Shown here piece by piece: positions 36,007 through 47,592 of a DNA stretch of 64,000 nt. Under the pieces are notes generated by a model that made no database searches, was not told the origin of the DNA, and saw only the letters and a program-made list of their open reading frames with translations. Source of the DNA: Coniocarpon cinnabarinum (lineage: Eukaryota); contig JAVECO010000055.1 in NCBI GenBank assembly GCA_051942205.1, positions 1 to 64,000 on the forward strand, read 5' to 3'. Position 1 is the first letter of the stretch. Each line of letters starts with the position of its first letter. The position numbers and the translations under genes are program-made.

Positions 36007-37194
36007 ATGCTACAAACTGGGAATGCTTGGTTTCAAGCCTCCAGGTTTATAACGCTACGCAGTGTCAGAACGCCATCGTGGGTACGCTATCAGACTCAAG
36101 CAAAAGCTGCGCGCAGAAGTCTTCAATCTCAGCGACTCTTTTGTTCCACAAGACAAAATCAAGACGAATCCGATGAACGGCCATATGTGTCTATTGAGCA
36201 GCCTCCTCCTCCTCCTGAGCCAAGGTCATTCATATCATACACAACCGCTGCCATCATTGCAGCACTTTCGAGTGGCTTCCTCACATACCGGCTCTTCTTC
36301 TACACCCCGGGCTACGGTGGTGACCAACAGCTTAATGCAAAGGACTTTGTTGCGCGAACCTTGACCTCGAAAATCCCCATTTCGTTAACCAGCGCCATCT
36401 TCAATCTCAATGGAGCCCACGGTGATGCAAATGATGAGCTGTGGACGAGGGGTGTCTGGAGCCTAGAATTTAAGCAGCCACAGCTCCAGATTGCACGGGC
36501 CTATACGCCACTTCCGCCAGTAAAGCTTTTAGAAGAGAGCGAAGGCGCATGGTCCAACCGCACTAAGGGCTTCCGCTTTTTGATCAGACGTGAACCCCAA
36601 GGCGAAGTTTCGAACTATCTACATGGGCTTAAAGAGGGCAGCAGACTGGAATTGCGTGGCCCACACATGGAATTTGCCATTCCGCCGAACGTCAGCGATG
36701 TGATATTTCTCGCCGGAGGCACCGGTATCGCGCCAGCCCTGCAAGTCGCATATGCGCTCTCTAGACGAGCCGCACTTGCCCAGATGCCAAGCGAGCAACC
36801 AGTGCGAATGTCAATTCTGTGGGCAAGTCGTACCAAGGAAGATGTTGGCGGTGGCGTATACGATCAGCCAAGCAATCTGAACACAAGGCTATCCGCTATT
36901 CCTGGACAGCTAGAGGCAATCCAATTTGATAAGCGTTCAGGGGATCGGTTTCGACTTGGCGCTCAAATTTTTGTTGACGAAGAGCAGAGGTTCATTCAAG
37001 CATCGGATATCGCAAGTGCTATGGCCCAAAGACCGGGAGAGGGACGCAAATTGATCCTAATTTCTGGTCCGGAAGGGTTTGTGTCGCACTATGCCGGACC
37101 TCACGGAAACGAAAATGGCATCCAGTCGCAAGGTCCCATCGGCGGAGTCCTTGGTGGTCTTGATCGACGAAATTGGAATATCTGGAAGCTTTGA
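36007..37194 (+). CDS. CYC2: Mitochondrial FAD/NAD(P)-binding oxidoreductase, Cyc2-like (cytochrome b5 reductase family)
   Basis: Presequence plus TM; WSLEFKQPQLQIARAYTPLPP, GEVSNYLH, ELRGP, FLAGGTGIAPALQ, ISGPEGF, QGPIGGVL. Confidence 0.8.
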   Translation: MLQTGNAWFQASRFITLRSVRTPSWVRYQTQAKAARRSLQSQRLFCSTRQNQDESDERPYVSIEQPPPPPEPRSFISYTTAAIIAALSSGFLTYRLFFYTPGYGGDQQLNAKDFVARTLTSKIPISLTSAIFNLNGAHGDANDELWTRGVWSLEFKQPQLQIARAYTPLPPVKLLEESEGAWSNRTKGFRFLIRREPQGEVSNYLHGLKEGSRLELRGPHMEFAIPPNVSDVIFLAGGTGIAPALQVAYALSRRAALAQMPSEQPVRMSILWASRTKEDVGGGVYDQPSNLNTRLSAIPGQLEAIQFDKRSGDRFRLGAQIFVDEEQRFIQASDIASAMAQRPGEGRKLILISGPEGFVSHYAGPHGNENGIQSQGPIGGVLGGLDRRNWNIWKL

Positions 37195-37227
37195 AGATGA
37201 TGTAACTTGACCGCTAGATTTATTATT

Positions 37228-38250
37228 TCAAGGCTCCGCACCTGCCATCGAGCCACGGTATAGCTCTTGTATCACCTTCCCATTGAGGACCGTCTCTTTG
37301 ACTAGGCCTTCGCAATGGCTGGGCTCAACACGACCGTACCAGATACTTTTCCCAGCCAGTGGAGTTGACCAAGAGGGTGGAAGATACATTATGACATTTC
37401 CGGCAAATTTGTGGCCGCCAATGTGTGTGATTTGTCCAACGGTCACGTTCAAGCCTTCTGCCTTGAACACTTGTTGGAACTGGTTTTGCAGCATCGGACC
37501 CAGTATTCCACAGCGCTCATCCCGAGAGCCATGGCCGCAGATGAAGACAGTTGGTTTGTCAATAGCTGAGAGAGCCGGTGAAGAGTCGTCCTCGTTATGG
37601 CCTCTGAATGACTTAGCGGCTGCATCATTGGGCCAGTGGAGACGATGACAGAGGGTTTCCAAGAAGTGATCGACGTGTCCCTGTGAATGGCGCTCGTCCG
37701 ACACTACATCCGGGATCGCATTTGGACTAGGTTCGTCACTAGACCGAGACTGCATGCTGGGCACAGTCACGAAGTCAGGGAATATCATCATATCTGGGAT
37801 GTTCCCATTTGCAATGATCTCAGGTGGAAATCCCACAGCAGACACAAGAGGCGTGTTGCGAGACTATGGTCCGTCAGCAAAGTATGCTCTATCAAAGCGC
37901 ATGGGATGCCGCTTCACGAGCAAGAAGGGTTTCAGACATACATCAAACAAAGCCCCATTTTTGCCAAAGGTCTTCTTGACTTTGGCGGCCAATGAATCGA
38001 CGTCATCTTCGAAGCGACTCGGCCATGGTCTGTCGCCAGTATTGACGACGATGTGACGTCTGTGGAAGGAGACAGTATTTTTCAAGCTGCTTTGGCGGTC
38101 GATATCAAGTCCCGACGGTATGGTGGCACATGCGCAGCTTGGCTCTGGACACTTTGCAACGAAAGCAGCCCCTGAAGCTCGCCTCGTAATATTCCGCACA
38201 AGTTGATGAGAATCTTTTATCTTGACATGTTTCAATTTAAGTGAAGTCAT
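37228..38250 (-). CDS. Sucrase/ferredoxin-like [2Fe-2S] protein (Aim32/Apd1 family); intron 37864-37941
   Basis: C-X8-C (CGHGSRDERC) and HIGGH ligand motifs, KFAGNVI, WYGRVEP; N-terminal CPEPSCAC...LDID. Confidence 0.85.
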
Positions 38251-38635
38251 TGGCAAGTTCCAAGTTCTCCCTTGTGACAATGGGAGATTAGCAATGAGTG
38301 GATAAGCCAGCAGCCAAATACCTAGTGAAGAGTCGCAAGACCGTCTCGGCCGAGAGCTTAGCTTATCTCCGTTCACGCTGTGACAGTCGAAGAAACTTTC
38401 TTGTATTCTGGTGTCTGAATGCAAGATAGGGCCGGGTCAAAGATCTGTATTAGTGTTAGCGAGATACAAGAAGAGTAGAAACTCCAAGTAAGAGCTAGGA
38501 TTCCAACACTCTGCCTTGTACCTGCACGTGTGACGTGAGAACTACGCCTCCTTCAGACATCATAATTGCAGCACCAAGGTGCTCGCCGCTCCCGCCGAGT
38601 CTTCGCTCTCCCTCTCTAGTCTGCCAGCACTCAAT

Positions 38636-40122
38636 ATGCAGACACAAAGCAGCAGCGGCGTCAGCCCAGGGCCTGCTACCGGCTCACGTCTCACAGACCT
38701 TGCAAAGAACATTTACAGTAATGCGTTAAAATTGGAGAGGCACTTCAATGACAACAATCTTCCCCTGCCTTCGTTCGACGAGCACGCACCTGTTGAGCTC
38801 TCTTTGAATCGCCCTGAGATGCAAAAGGCCCAACAGCAGGCAGTAGATGCTTGTTTAGAGCTCCATGATTTGCTTATTGGTCCAGTCATGCAGTTGAGAC
38901 CTGTGGTAGGCTTCTAAGCAACCAACTTGAGATGCATCGCATTGATATACCTAAGTTGAACGCAACGAGCTTGCAAGCCATTTACAAATACAAAATCGCC
39001 ACCAAAGTGCCTTTGGATGGCGATATTTCTTACCCAGATCTTGCCACAGCAACGGATATGGAGGAGGTCGATGTTCGTCGCATCGTTCGATTCGCGAGCG
39101 TCTTCCATCGCGTATTTGCTGAGAAGCAGCCTGGCCGCGTCTCTCACACGGCTGCATCACGTTATCTTGCTGACAATCCTGAAGCAATGGCGGGGGTTGG
39201 GTTTATGTTTGACGAATGCTATCAAGCATTTGCGCATACTGTCGAGGCCATGGAGACTCATAAACGGCCTGAAGCCAATCAATCAGTGAATCACCAAGCC
39301 TTTTCGGGCGAGAACAACAGTGGACCAGTAACAAAGCGGTGAACTTGTAGGCTAACGTGCCCCTAAAGGGATGGGCGATCGCGAGCGGATCCAATGTTGC
39401 AATGTGGGAGCATCACACAGCACAGTAAGCTTTCCAACATCCAATCTCAGGAGTTGATATTAATGCTCTAATTCGTCATCAGCCCTGAACTTGGTCAACG
39501 GGCCGGTCAAGCTATGAATGCCTTTACAAAGGGTGCGATGCATGACACACGAGCGTTGACAGACGGCTATGACTGGAAGGACATCGATGCTAGAAACGGC
39601 ACAGTCGTAGATCTTGGAGGCGCCGGCGGGCACGCCACGTTCGCGATAGCTCGTGCCAACCCAAACATTCAGTGTGTCATTCAAGAACTCCCACATATTG
39701 TCGACAAGTTCAAGAGTCAAGTACCCCAAGATATCGCCAACCGTACTAAGTTCGAAGTTCATGACTTCTTCAAGCCGCAGACGACGATTGCTCAAGCTTA
39801 TCTGTTTCGCCAAACGTTCCACAACTGGAATGATGAGAACTGTATCAAGATGCTGCGCGCACTCATTCCAGCTTTGAAACCAGGTGCGAAAGTCATCGCT
39901 AACGATCTTATAGTACCGCCACCTGGTGTGCTGCCTGCAATGCAAGAACGCGGCGTACGAGCGATAGACATGATCATGATGAGTCTCTTCAACTCGCGTG
40001 AGCGCGAAAAAGCTGATTGGGAAACACTCTTCAAAGAAGCCGATGAGCGCTTTCGAGATGTCAAGTGTTGGAAGCCGGAAGGCAGCCAGCTTGGACTGAT
40101 TGAGGCAACTTGGAGCGGTTGA
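38636..40122 (+). CDS. SAM-dependent O-methyltransferase, fungal secondary-metabolite type; introns 38906-38955, 39286-39368, 39425-39482
   Basis: LPSFD N-terminus, winged-helix region VFAEKQPGRVSHTAASR, VVDLGGAGGH, HDFFKPQ, YLFRQTFHNWND, LFNSRERE. Confidence 0.9.
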
Positions 40123-41397
40123 GAAGAACAGTCCTGGGTCTTCTGCTCTCATTGCCAAACCTCGTTACGCTGACCACTGGTACGGTGATCAATTCCTCTT
40201 CCTCACGGACATGAGATCCATCAGTCAAAGCGATGCTCGCGATCTTTGGGATTGACAGCCAATTGCTCTCCGTCTGAACCATTGCAGCGGCGACGATAGC
40301 GCAGCTTACCCCTTAAGACATTTGTTTGAGCATGTGTCCTCAGTACTCCACGCTGCATCAGAGAGCGAGTCCCGGTTGTGTCAAATTTCCACATATTTCA
40401 CAGGCAGAGTCGAACATGTCACTCTAGACGAAGATGGCACGTGACTGCTTGCAGCGCGGCAGCTTATGAGCTCTTACACTGCTTCTCTTGTGATTCCCCT
40501 CTCTGTCTTTCTGGTACGTTGCACGACTTTGGAAAATATCAGGCAGGTGCTGATGTCCACTACCAAATCTGCACGGCCATGGTCAACGGTGTGAATGGCA
40601 ACAAGACACAGAGGTAGGGACGATGAAATGGAGCATGGCTTATGGATGCATCTCTTTATGGTTGAGCACAGAGCAACGTAACAATTACGCAATCCAGCCG
40701 ATGCGCATATTGATCGACTCCACGCAAAGTCACAGAATGCCGCTGCCTAAAAGTATCACAGCCCTTCCTAAGGCCACCACTTATTCATTCCCGTCTGCGC
40801 TAGTACCCTTTAGGCCTCTTTTTGCACCAGCCCCTATGCACTTTCTTGCGACGGCTGATGCTCACGCAAGTCCTATAGTGGGTCTCGTCCACGCTTCAGC
40901 CCCTGAACATGACGCTCATGTCAGAATCTTTCCATTCGTCTGAGCCCCTTCCACGGCACCATGCGATTTGACAGTCGCGACGGTCATATCTAGGCCTCCG
41001 CATTCAATGTGTTTCACTGCGGCCATCTTCCCTACAGAGGGTTAGTGCGAATGGCTGCCGAGTCGATGTATCACTACGCAGCCCACGTTCGATAGCAGTA
41101 AGTCATGCAATGTAAATAGTTCGGTACCGGAGCTTTGCTGTTGTAGTATCGGCTGTAGCTATCTTTAGACGGCCCATTGTGGATTTCACCGTCGAGAGGC
41201 GGATTGATATAAGATTATGACAAGTCCCTCCACTCGTTCATGAGGCTATATGACTACCATTGAATATTGTTGATTTCCAGGCCCATTTTGATCCTTTCAT
41301 TTGTTTTGAGACTTCTCGACTTTTCTTATCTCCTGCCCTCTGCTCATCGTCACCTCACATATCATTCCTCGCTTTCCTGTCTTTTGTGGCCAGCGTT

Positions 41398-42627
41398 ATG
41401 GCTTCCACTACGCTGCTTCCCTCAACAACTGCCTCAGCCACTTTCTCTTCTACCTCTTCCACGGGCACATCAACCTGTACCCCAGCACCACCCGCGAAAC
41501 ATGATTACGCACCCGATGGCACATGTGAACAGATCTGGGAGTACAATGTCGCTGTGCCTCCAGCCGCTGCCTTTGCTATCCTCTTCGGTCTCGCCAGCAT
41601 CGCCCATATTGTCCTCGCATGCATCCACAGGAAGCGCTTCTCTTTGGTCATAATCATGGGCACCGTTTGGGTGAGTCTCAGACCGTCTGCATATTCGTGT
41701 CAAATGCTAATAGACACGCCTCAGGAAACCGCAGCCTACGCATACCGCGTGCTCGGCGCCCTCCACCAGCGCAACGAAAATTACTACAACAACAACTTTG
41801 GCCTTACATTGCTCGCACCCCTCTGGATCAACGCCTTCGTCTACATGACTCTGGGTCGCATGATCCACTATTTCCTACCAGAAAGACGACTTGGTTTCAT
41901 CAAAGGTCGTTTGCTTGCCCGCTGTTTTGTCCTCGCGGACATAATTTGCTTCTTCATCCAAATCGGCGGCGTCGTCATCGCCGTCATCGGCACTTCGAAT
42001 AACAACGACAGCACGACGCGTAGCGGGCTGAACGTCTTCAATGCCGGCGCCGGCGTCCAACAGGGCTTCATCGTCATCTTCGTGGGTATTCTCTCATTCT
42101 TCGCGTTCACCGCCCGCAGAGCGGAGACGCGGCAGAACGCCCCTCTGAGGCCACAAGGCTGGAAGTTCCTCACGTTTGCCCTCTACGTCGCGTTTGCCCT
42201 CTACGTCGCGCTCGCTATGATCTCGGTCCGCTGCATCTTTCGACTCTGCGAGTACTCGAAGCTGGATGACAACCCGTTGCTGTACGTCGAAGCGTATGAG
42301 TACGGGCTTGACGCCGTGCCGATGCTGCTGGCGAGCTCTGTATTCTGCGTCTTGCATCCGGGCTTGTTCCTGGTTGGACCTGAGAGCACGTGGCCCAAGA
42401 GCCGGAAGGGCAAAAAGGCATTGAAGCAACAAGAGAAGGAAGAAAAGGCGGCGAGGAAGGTGAGAAAGCATGGAGATGGCGAGACGGGGCTGGTGGCGGA
42501 TACGAGCTATGGTGGTGTTGGTGGACGGGGGTGGCAGAGGATGGGTGATGAGGATGTGGAGTTGGGGACTTTCAGTCCAAGTCATACGGTGCCCAGCCAG
42601 GACAAGTGGAGTCCGTCAGGGCACTGA
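41398..42627 (+). CDS. RTA1-like 7-TM protein; in-frame intron 41671-41724
   Basis: LLAPLWINAFVYMTLGRMI, FVLADIICFFIQ, RCIFRLCEY, EAYEYGLDAVPM, HPG motifs. Confidence 0.88.
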   Translation: MASTTLLPSTTASATFSSTSSTGTSTCTPAPPAKHDYAPDGTCEQIWEYNVAVPPAAAFAILFGLASIAHIVLACIHRKRFSLVIIMGTVWVSLRPSAYSCQMLIDTPQETAAYAYRVLGALHQRNENYYNNNFGLTLLAPLWINAFVYMTLGRMIHYFLPERRLGFIKGRLLARCFVLADIICFFIQIGGVVIAVIGTSNNNDSTTRSGLNVFNAGAGVQQGFIVIFVGILSFFAFTARRAETRQNAPLRPQGWKFLTFALYVAFALYVALAMISVRCIFRLCEYSKLDDNPLLYVEAYEYGLDAVPMLLASSVFCVLHPGLFLVGPESTWPKSRKGKKALKQQEKEEKAARKVRKHGDGETGLVADTSYGGVGGRGWQRMGDEDVELGTFSPSHTVPSQDKWSPSGH

Positions 42628-42784
42628 CAACGACCCCGATCAGACGAGTACATGATGTTCGAGATGAAATATAGAGGGAAAACTAATGATGCACTTGAAG
42701 CGGGCGTTGGGAATCTCGTACGCCGTGGTTATAGTATCATAGCTGGTATCAAAAGTACTGTCAATTCAACATCACTTGCTAAAA

Positions 42785-44469
42785 TCATTCATCCAGAGCT
42801 TTCGTTGTCTCTTGTGCAAATGCTTTTGCGGACTTGCTTGCATCCTGTTGCTCCAGTGTTGCCTGCTGCTCCGTCGAAAGTTCTGTTACCTGCGTTGTGG
42901 GCTGCTTTGTCGACGGCCCTTCTTTAGGATCTTCCTGGTCTGCTGGTTGTTTCGCTGACTGCTCTGTCGACTGCGCTCCTTTGGGATTGTCCTGTCCGGC
43001 TGACCGTTTCGATGACTGCTCTGTGACTTGCGCTGCATCATCGTTCGTCGCCGGTGCATGATTCAAATGCGATACCGCTGCTGCATCATCAACGGGTTTT
43101 GACCCGTCGTCGGTGAGCAACTTCGGCCGAACGATGACAGGTTCATCAGCATGCACTCTGACAGGCTTGCCAGCGACCTCGAGTTTCAACTCTGCATGAC
43201 ATCGATAACTTTCAGCGCCGTGTCGACATGTTGTAGTCGGGGGAAGAAAGTCTGGAATCTCAACGCTATTCAGCTCGACTCGCTTGACTTCGTAGTCTTC
43301 AGCGTGGATGGTCATGTCAAGGGCTTGTTCCTCGAATGCGACAGTTTCCAGGTCTGTTCTTTTGTTAGCGCGAGATCACGAACAAAAGTCTCCGTTCTGA
43401 GGCAAAGAAGCTTCACGTACTTGATAGAGGGTCTCCTTCACCGCTTAGACCTGGCAGGGATGGCTTCTCACATGCCAATAGCTCCAATGACCATCCCTTC
43501 ACGCAAATCTTCGGGTGCGGGTTCTGCTGCTTCCGCATCATGAACCCCACCCACGCTGGATCAACCTCAAACGACGCACCGACAGTCGACCCCACCACAG
43601 CTTCCCTCGGTGTCCACGAATGCGCCGTGAACTTATAAGTCGAAACTGGGGGTCTATGCACCAGGCTTTCCACTTTCTCCGTGAACTTGTTGGATGGATG
43701 GCGGTGCTCGTGTGGCAATTGTGCCTCGTATGTGTGTTCTTGTTCTCTGGGATGTGAGTCGATGATGGGGTCGAAGGGAAGGATCTGGACAGGCGTGCTA
43801 CCTGAGAAGGTGATGTCACCGAGGCGAACGCTAACTTCGAGGTGGTGATGCGTCGACTTGGCGACAGTCGCTCGGTCGGGAGCGGTAATCTCGAAGAGCC
43901 AGAAGACATGGGAGCCTGGGACTATGCCACACAGTGAACTGGTTTGTGAGACCTGTGGTGCACGTCAGCTTGCAACAACACAGCGGTGCCCTCTTTGGCG
44001 GTTGTGTTTACACGCTGATGCCATTCTTTCACAAGCGCAGCAAAGTGATGTGACAGTGGCCATTGACTTCACCTTTTCAAGCGTCTCTAGGGCAGCAGTG
44101 CGTCACACCTTGCAACGAAGTAACCCATCCACTGGAGTGGCTTGGAGCAAGCAGGCTAGCATGACAACAGTAACGTACCTCGTACACTCGGTTGACAGAC
44201 CATCTTTCCTCCTCGGTTCCCTTGTCTGTTGGATACGCTAACCGCGCTTGTCCAAACAATTGTAACTCCAGCTCTGTCGCCAATGCAGAGCGTGCGATAC
44301 CATCGGCTTTGTTCTCTGACCTCGCCGCAAGCTGAAAGAAGTTTGTCTGTTGAAGGAATATCTGTCCCGTGATCTTCTCACCAGGAAAGTGGTACGAGCC
44401 TGAGTGACTGCCGTCGTTGTCTAACTTGATCTGGAGACAAGTCTCTGGGCTCGGCATTGTTTGAGCCAT
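42785..44469 (-). CDS. Divergent arrestin-like protein; introns 43953-44178 and 43354-43420
   Basis: Starts LQIKLD...YHFPGEKITGQIFL, ELQLFGQAR; later IPDFLPPTTT....ESYRCHAELKLEVAG, typical of arrestin-fold proteins. Exons join in frame at GT-AG sites. Confidence 0.6.
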
Positions 44470-46039
44470 GACAGTAGGGAATTTTGAGCTATGAGACTAG
44501 ATAGAAAGGCAGAGCAATGGAAGGATCAAGGAGTGTATACAAAAGGGGTTATCAAAGTCTTACAGGAGCCTTACAGCTTATGGCACTCCAATGGGTAAGT
44601 TCAAGACAGTGCGCGACGATTGGCAAAAAAAGTAAAGCTGGGCGAACATGACATCAAGGACTTTCTTTGGCCCTAAAACATAAAAGTCACTTTGCCTTTA
44701 TCAAGGACACGTATGTTGAATGCATGGGGCTGTGTGTCATTGTATGTCATAGCAACCGTTTCAATAGTTACTCAGACCCCGAGACATCGCTCGAGCCGCG
44801 AGCATAAGTGAAGTGATGTCCCAGTAAGACTTTTGAACAGACTACGTGTGCATTTATGGCACGTTTGCAAGTATCATAATGCAGAAACAAGAGGACGAGG
44901 GGAGGTATATGTGGCTGTAATTAAGGGGAGGCTGATGTCATACCTTGCCGCAAGCGGGAAAACGCTACGATCGGAGATTGCATTGGCACAAAATGTCACG
45001 TGTCATGATTCAACGTGTGGTTTCTAGGTATCCAAAATACGTCGTGGGACCCAAGCCCCTGACAATGTCTAGTGTCAGAATGCTCTGTCCGTCTCCGAAT
45101 ATTGAAAATGCCATACGCGCTTTTACCGCCATACTATGCCCTGACGCTCACGAAACTTCCAAGTGGAACTTTTGAAGGCCTGACGGCACCCTCACCATTC
45201 GTGTACACTTTCCTCAAAACGCTTTGCTGAAGCTCAAGTCATGCTCGAAAATGAACAAGCAACGACTCTTGCGGGAGACTCGTCGCCTGTGGACATGCCA
45301 TCGGGGTCACCGCGATTAAGCCAAGTCATGCATAGGTATTTGTACACATGCCACTGGCATTCGAAAGGATAAGCGACGTATTGCTCTAGGGAGACGCCAA
45401 ATAAGCAACCTATGCTCAAACGGCCACTCCTGAGTTTTCTAAGACATTATTGCCACGGGACGAGCAAATCTAATTAATCGCACTAAACCCCCGCCTGATC
45501 CACGGGGAACGATGCTCACTGGGGAAAGTTTCTATAGCATCACAGGGCTGTGCATCGCACTTCTCCTTAGTAGACAGGATAACTGAAGTTCAACGCAAGA
45601 AGATAAAGATCGGTGCCCTGACTCTTTGCCCTTGTGACAAATATGCTTAATGACGTATCGGAAAGCTCGGATATGCGTGAAACAAGCCTCGTTGTCAATG
45701 CACGAATATTGTGGCTGCTTCATCCACGAAATTTGACCAAGTCCAGCCAATGGACTCCAGTGTCTACGCGTAAGCAGTAATGCGACGAGTCACCGATTAG
45801 TAAAACCTGGGTGAGCTATCCAAGCTTGACCGAAAACAGCAGAGTGCGCTATGCATGTTATGCATATACGCCGGAGGTATGAATGTACTACTGCACGCTA
45901 GCTGATTTGAAACCATGAAGGTCTTGTCATAAAGAGGACTTCATGGCTTGAGCTTCCGAGTCGCACTCGCAGTAGATGTGAGCCAAGTTTGCGATCTGTG
46001 ACCACTACACCTAGGAATACTACACCTAGAAAGCACATC

Positions 46040-47368
46040 ATGTCGACTCTCCCGTTGCAGCAAAGCGCGATGAAGACCGATGGCGGCGGCAAAGCCTCCA
46101 TCCATCACGATGTGCCCATACCTCAGATACCACCAAATGGCTATATTCTTGTTAGAACGAGCTACGTGGGTCTGAACCCGACTGAGTAAGTATATCGCCT
46201 TACCACCGTCAGCCAGGCTTGAGCGAATGTAGCAGTGCAACAACATCGGAAAGCTGAGTGGTGTTGCAGTTGGAAACACATCGATGGTGACTTCGCCGGT
46301 GACAGAAAACCCGGCTTCACCGTGGGCTGCGACTATGCTGTGCGTAAGCACCATACCAATTTCCGCCCATCCGAACACATTTCTAGCAAATTGACACATC
46401 AAGGGCACCATCGTCCAAGTCGGTCCCAACGTCACCAAGCCTCTCCACCCCGGTGACCGCGTCGCCGGCTTCTCCCACGGCGTCAAATCCAACAACCCCG
46501 AGTCCGGCGCCTTCGCCCAGTACATCATCGCGAAGGCGGACATCGCCTTCAAGATCCCTCCGTCTATCTCTGACGCAGAGGCGGCGGCGTACGGTGTCGG
46601 TCTCCTCACAAACGGACAGGCGCTGTATCAGAGCTTGGACCTTCCGTGGCCTTCGCAGCCGTCGACAGACAAGACGCCGGTGCTGATCTACGGTGGAAGC
46701 ACCGGCATGGCGATTTTCGCGGTCCAATTCGCGAAGTTATCGGGTTTGCGGGTCGTGACGACGTGTAGTCCCAGGAACTTTGAGTTTGTGAAGAATCTGG
46801 GGGCTGACGAGGTGTTTGATTACAAGGTAAGTTACTGCATCTCGAGCGATCGGGGAAACGCACGACGCCTCTGCTTCGGGAGTCTGAAGGCGACGCGATG
46901 CACGCAGAGGAGTCCGCGTCTGACATACCTCAGGATCCAAACTGCGCGTCTAACATCCGCAAATCCACCAACAACGCCCTCAAGCACGCCTACGACACCA
47001 TCTCAGACAAAACCTCCTCCAGCATCTGCGCCAACGCGCTCTCTTCCAACCCAGGCGTCAAGTACTCCGCCCTTCTACCCAGCGGTCCGAATTCCTTCCC
47101 TCGCACGGATGCAGCGCTGAAGACCTACACATGGGGCTACACCGCCACAGGGGAAGAGTTCTTCTCGCTGGGCGAGACCGTCACCGCGAAGCCCGAGAAC
47201 TTCGAGTTCATGAAGGGGTGGATCGCGGAGTGTGAGCGGTTGGCGGCGGAGCGGAAGTTTGTCGTCACCCCGACTGTGAGAGAAGGTGGGCTGCAGGGTG
47301 TTTTTGAAGGGTTGGAGGATCTGAAGATGGGGCGGGTGAGTGCCGAGAAGTTGGTTTACAGGGTCTAG
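46040..47368 (+). CDS. MDR-family enoyl reductase (LovC/trans-ER-like); introns 46186-46269, 46340-46403, 46827-46933
   Basis: Spliced VGLNPTDWKH, VGCDYAGTIVQVG, GAFAQY, VLIYGGSTG, TTCSPRNFEFVKNLGADEVFDY, GRVSAEKLVY. Confidence 0.9.
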
Positions 47369-47592
47369 CGAGGCTCTGCTGGAGCTGTGCATGTAAACGA
47401 GTTTGCTGGTCGGGCTTTCTTGCCGTTCTTATGTTGTCACAGCCCGGCATGTTAACAGTTTCCTGAGTGGCGATCACGAAGATGATCTGCCGAAATACAA
47501 TGCAGGCTGAGCATAATTTTTATCTGTCACGCAGCTCAATTTATTAATTGAGGCTCTATCGGTAGCTGACGTGATCTCGAGGGTTGTACATG

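Noticed and set aside
45941..46609. 222-aa antisense ORF and many similar shadow ORFs (e.g. 17784-18383, 57888-58448, 19819-20316)
   Set aside because: They lie opposite well-supported genes, lack motifs and are explained by codon bias.
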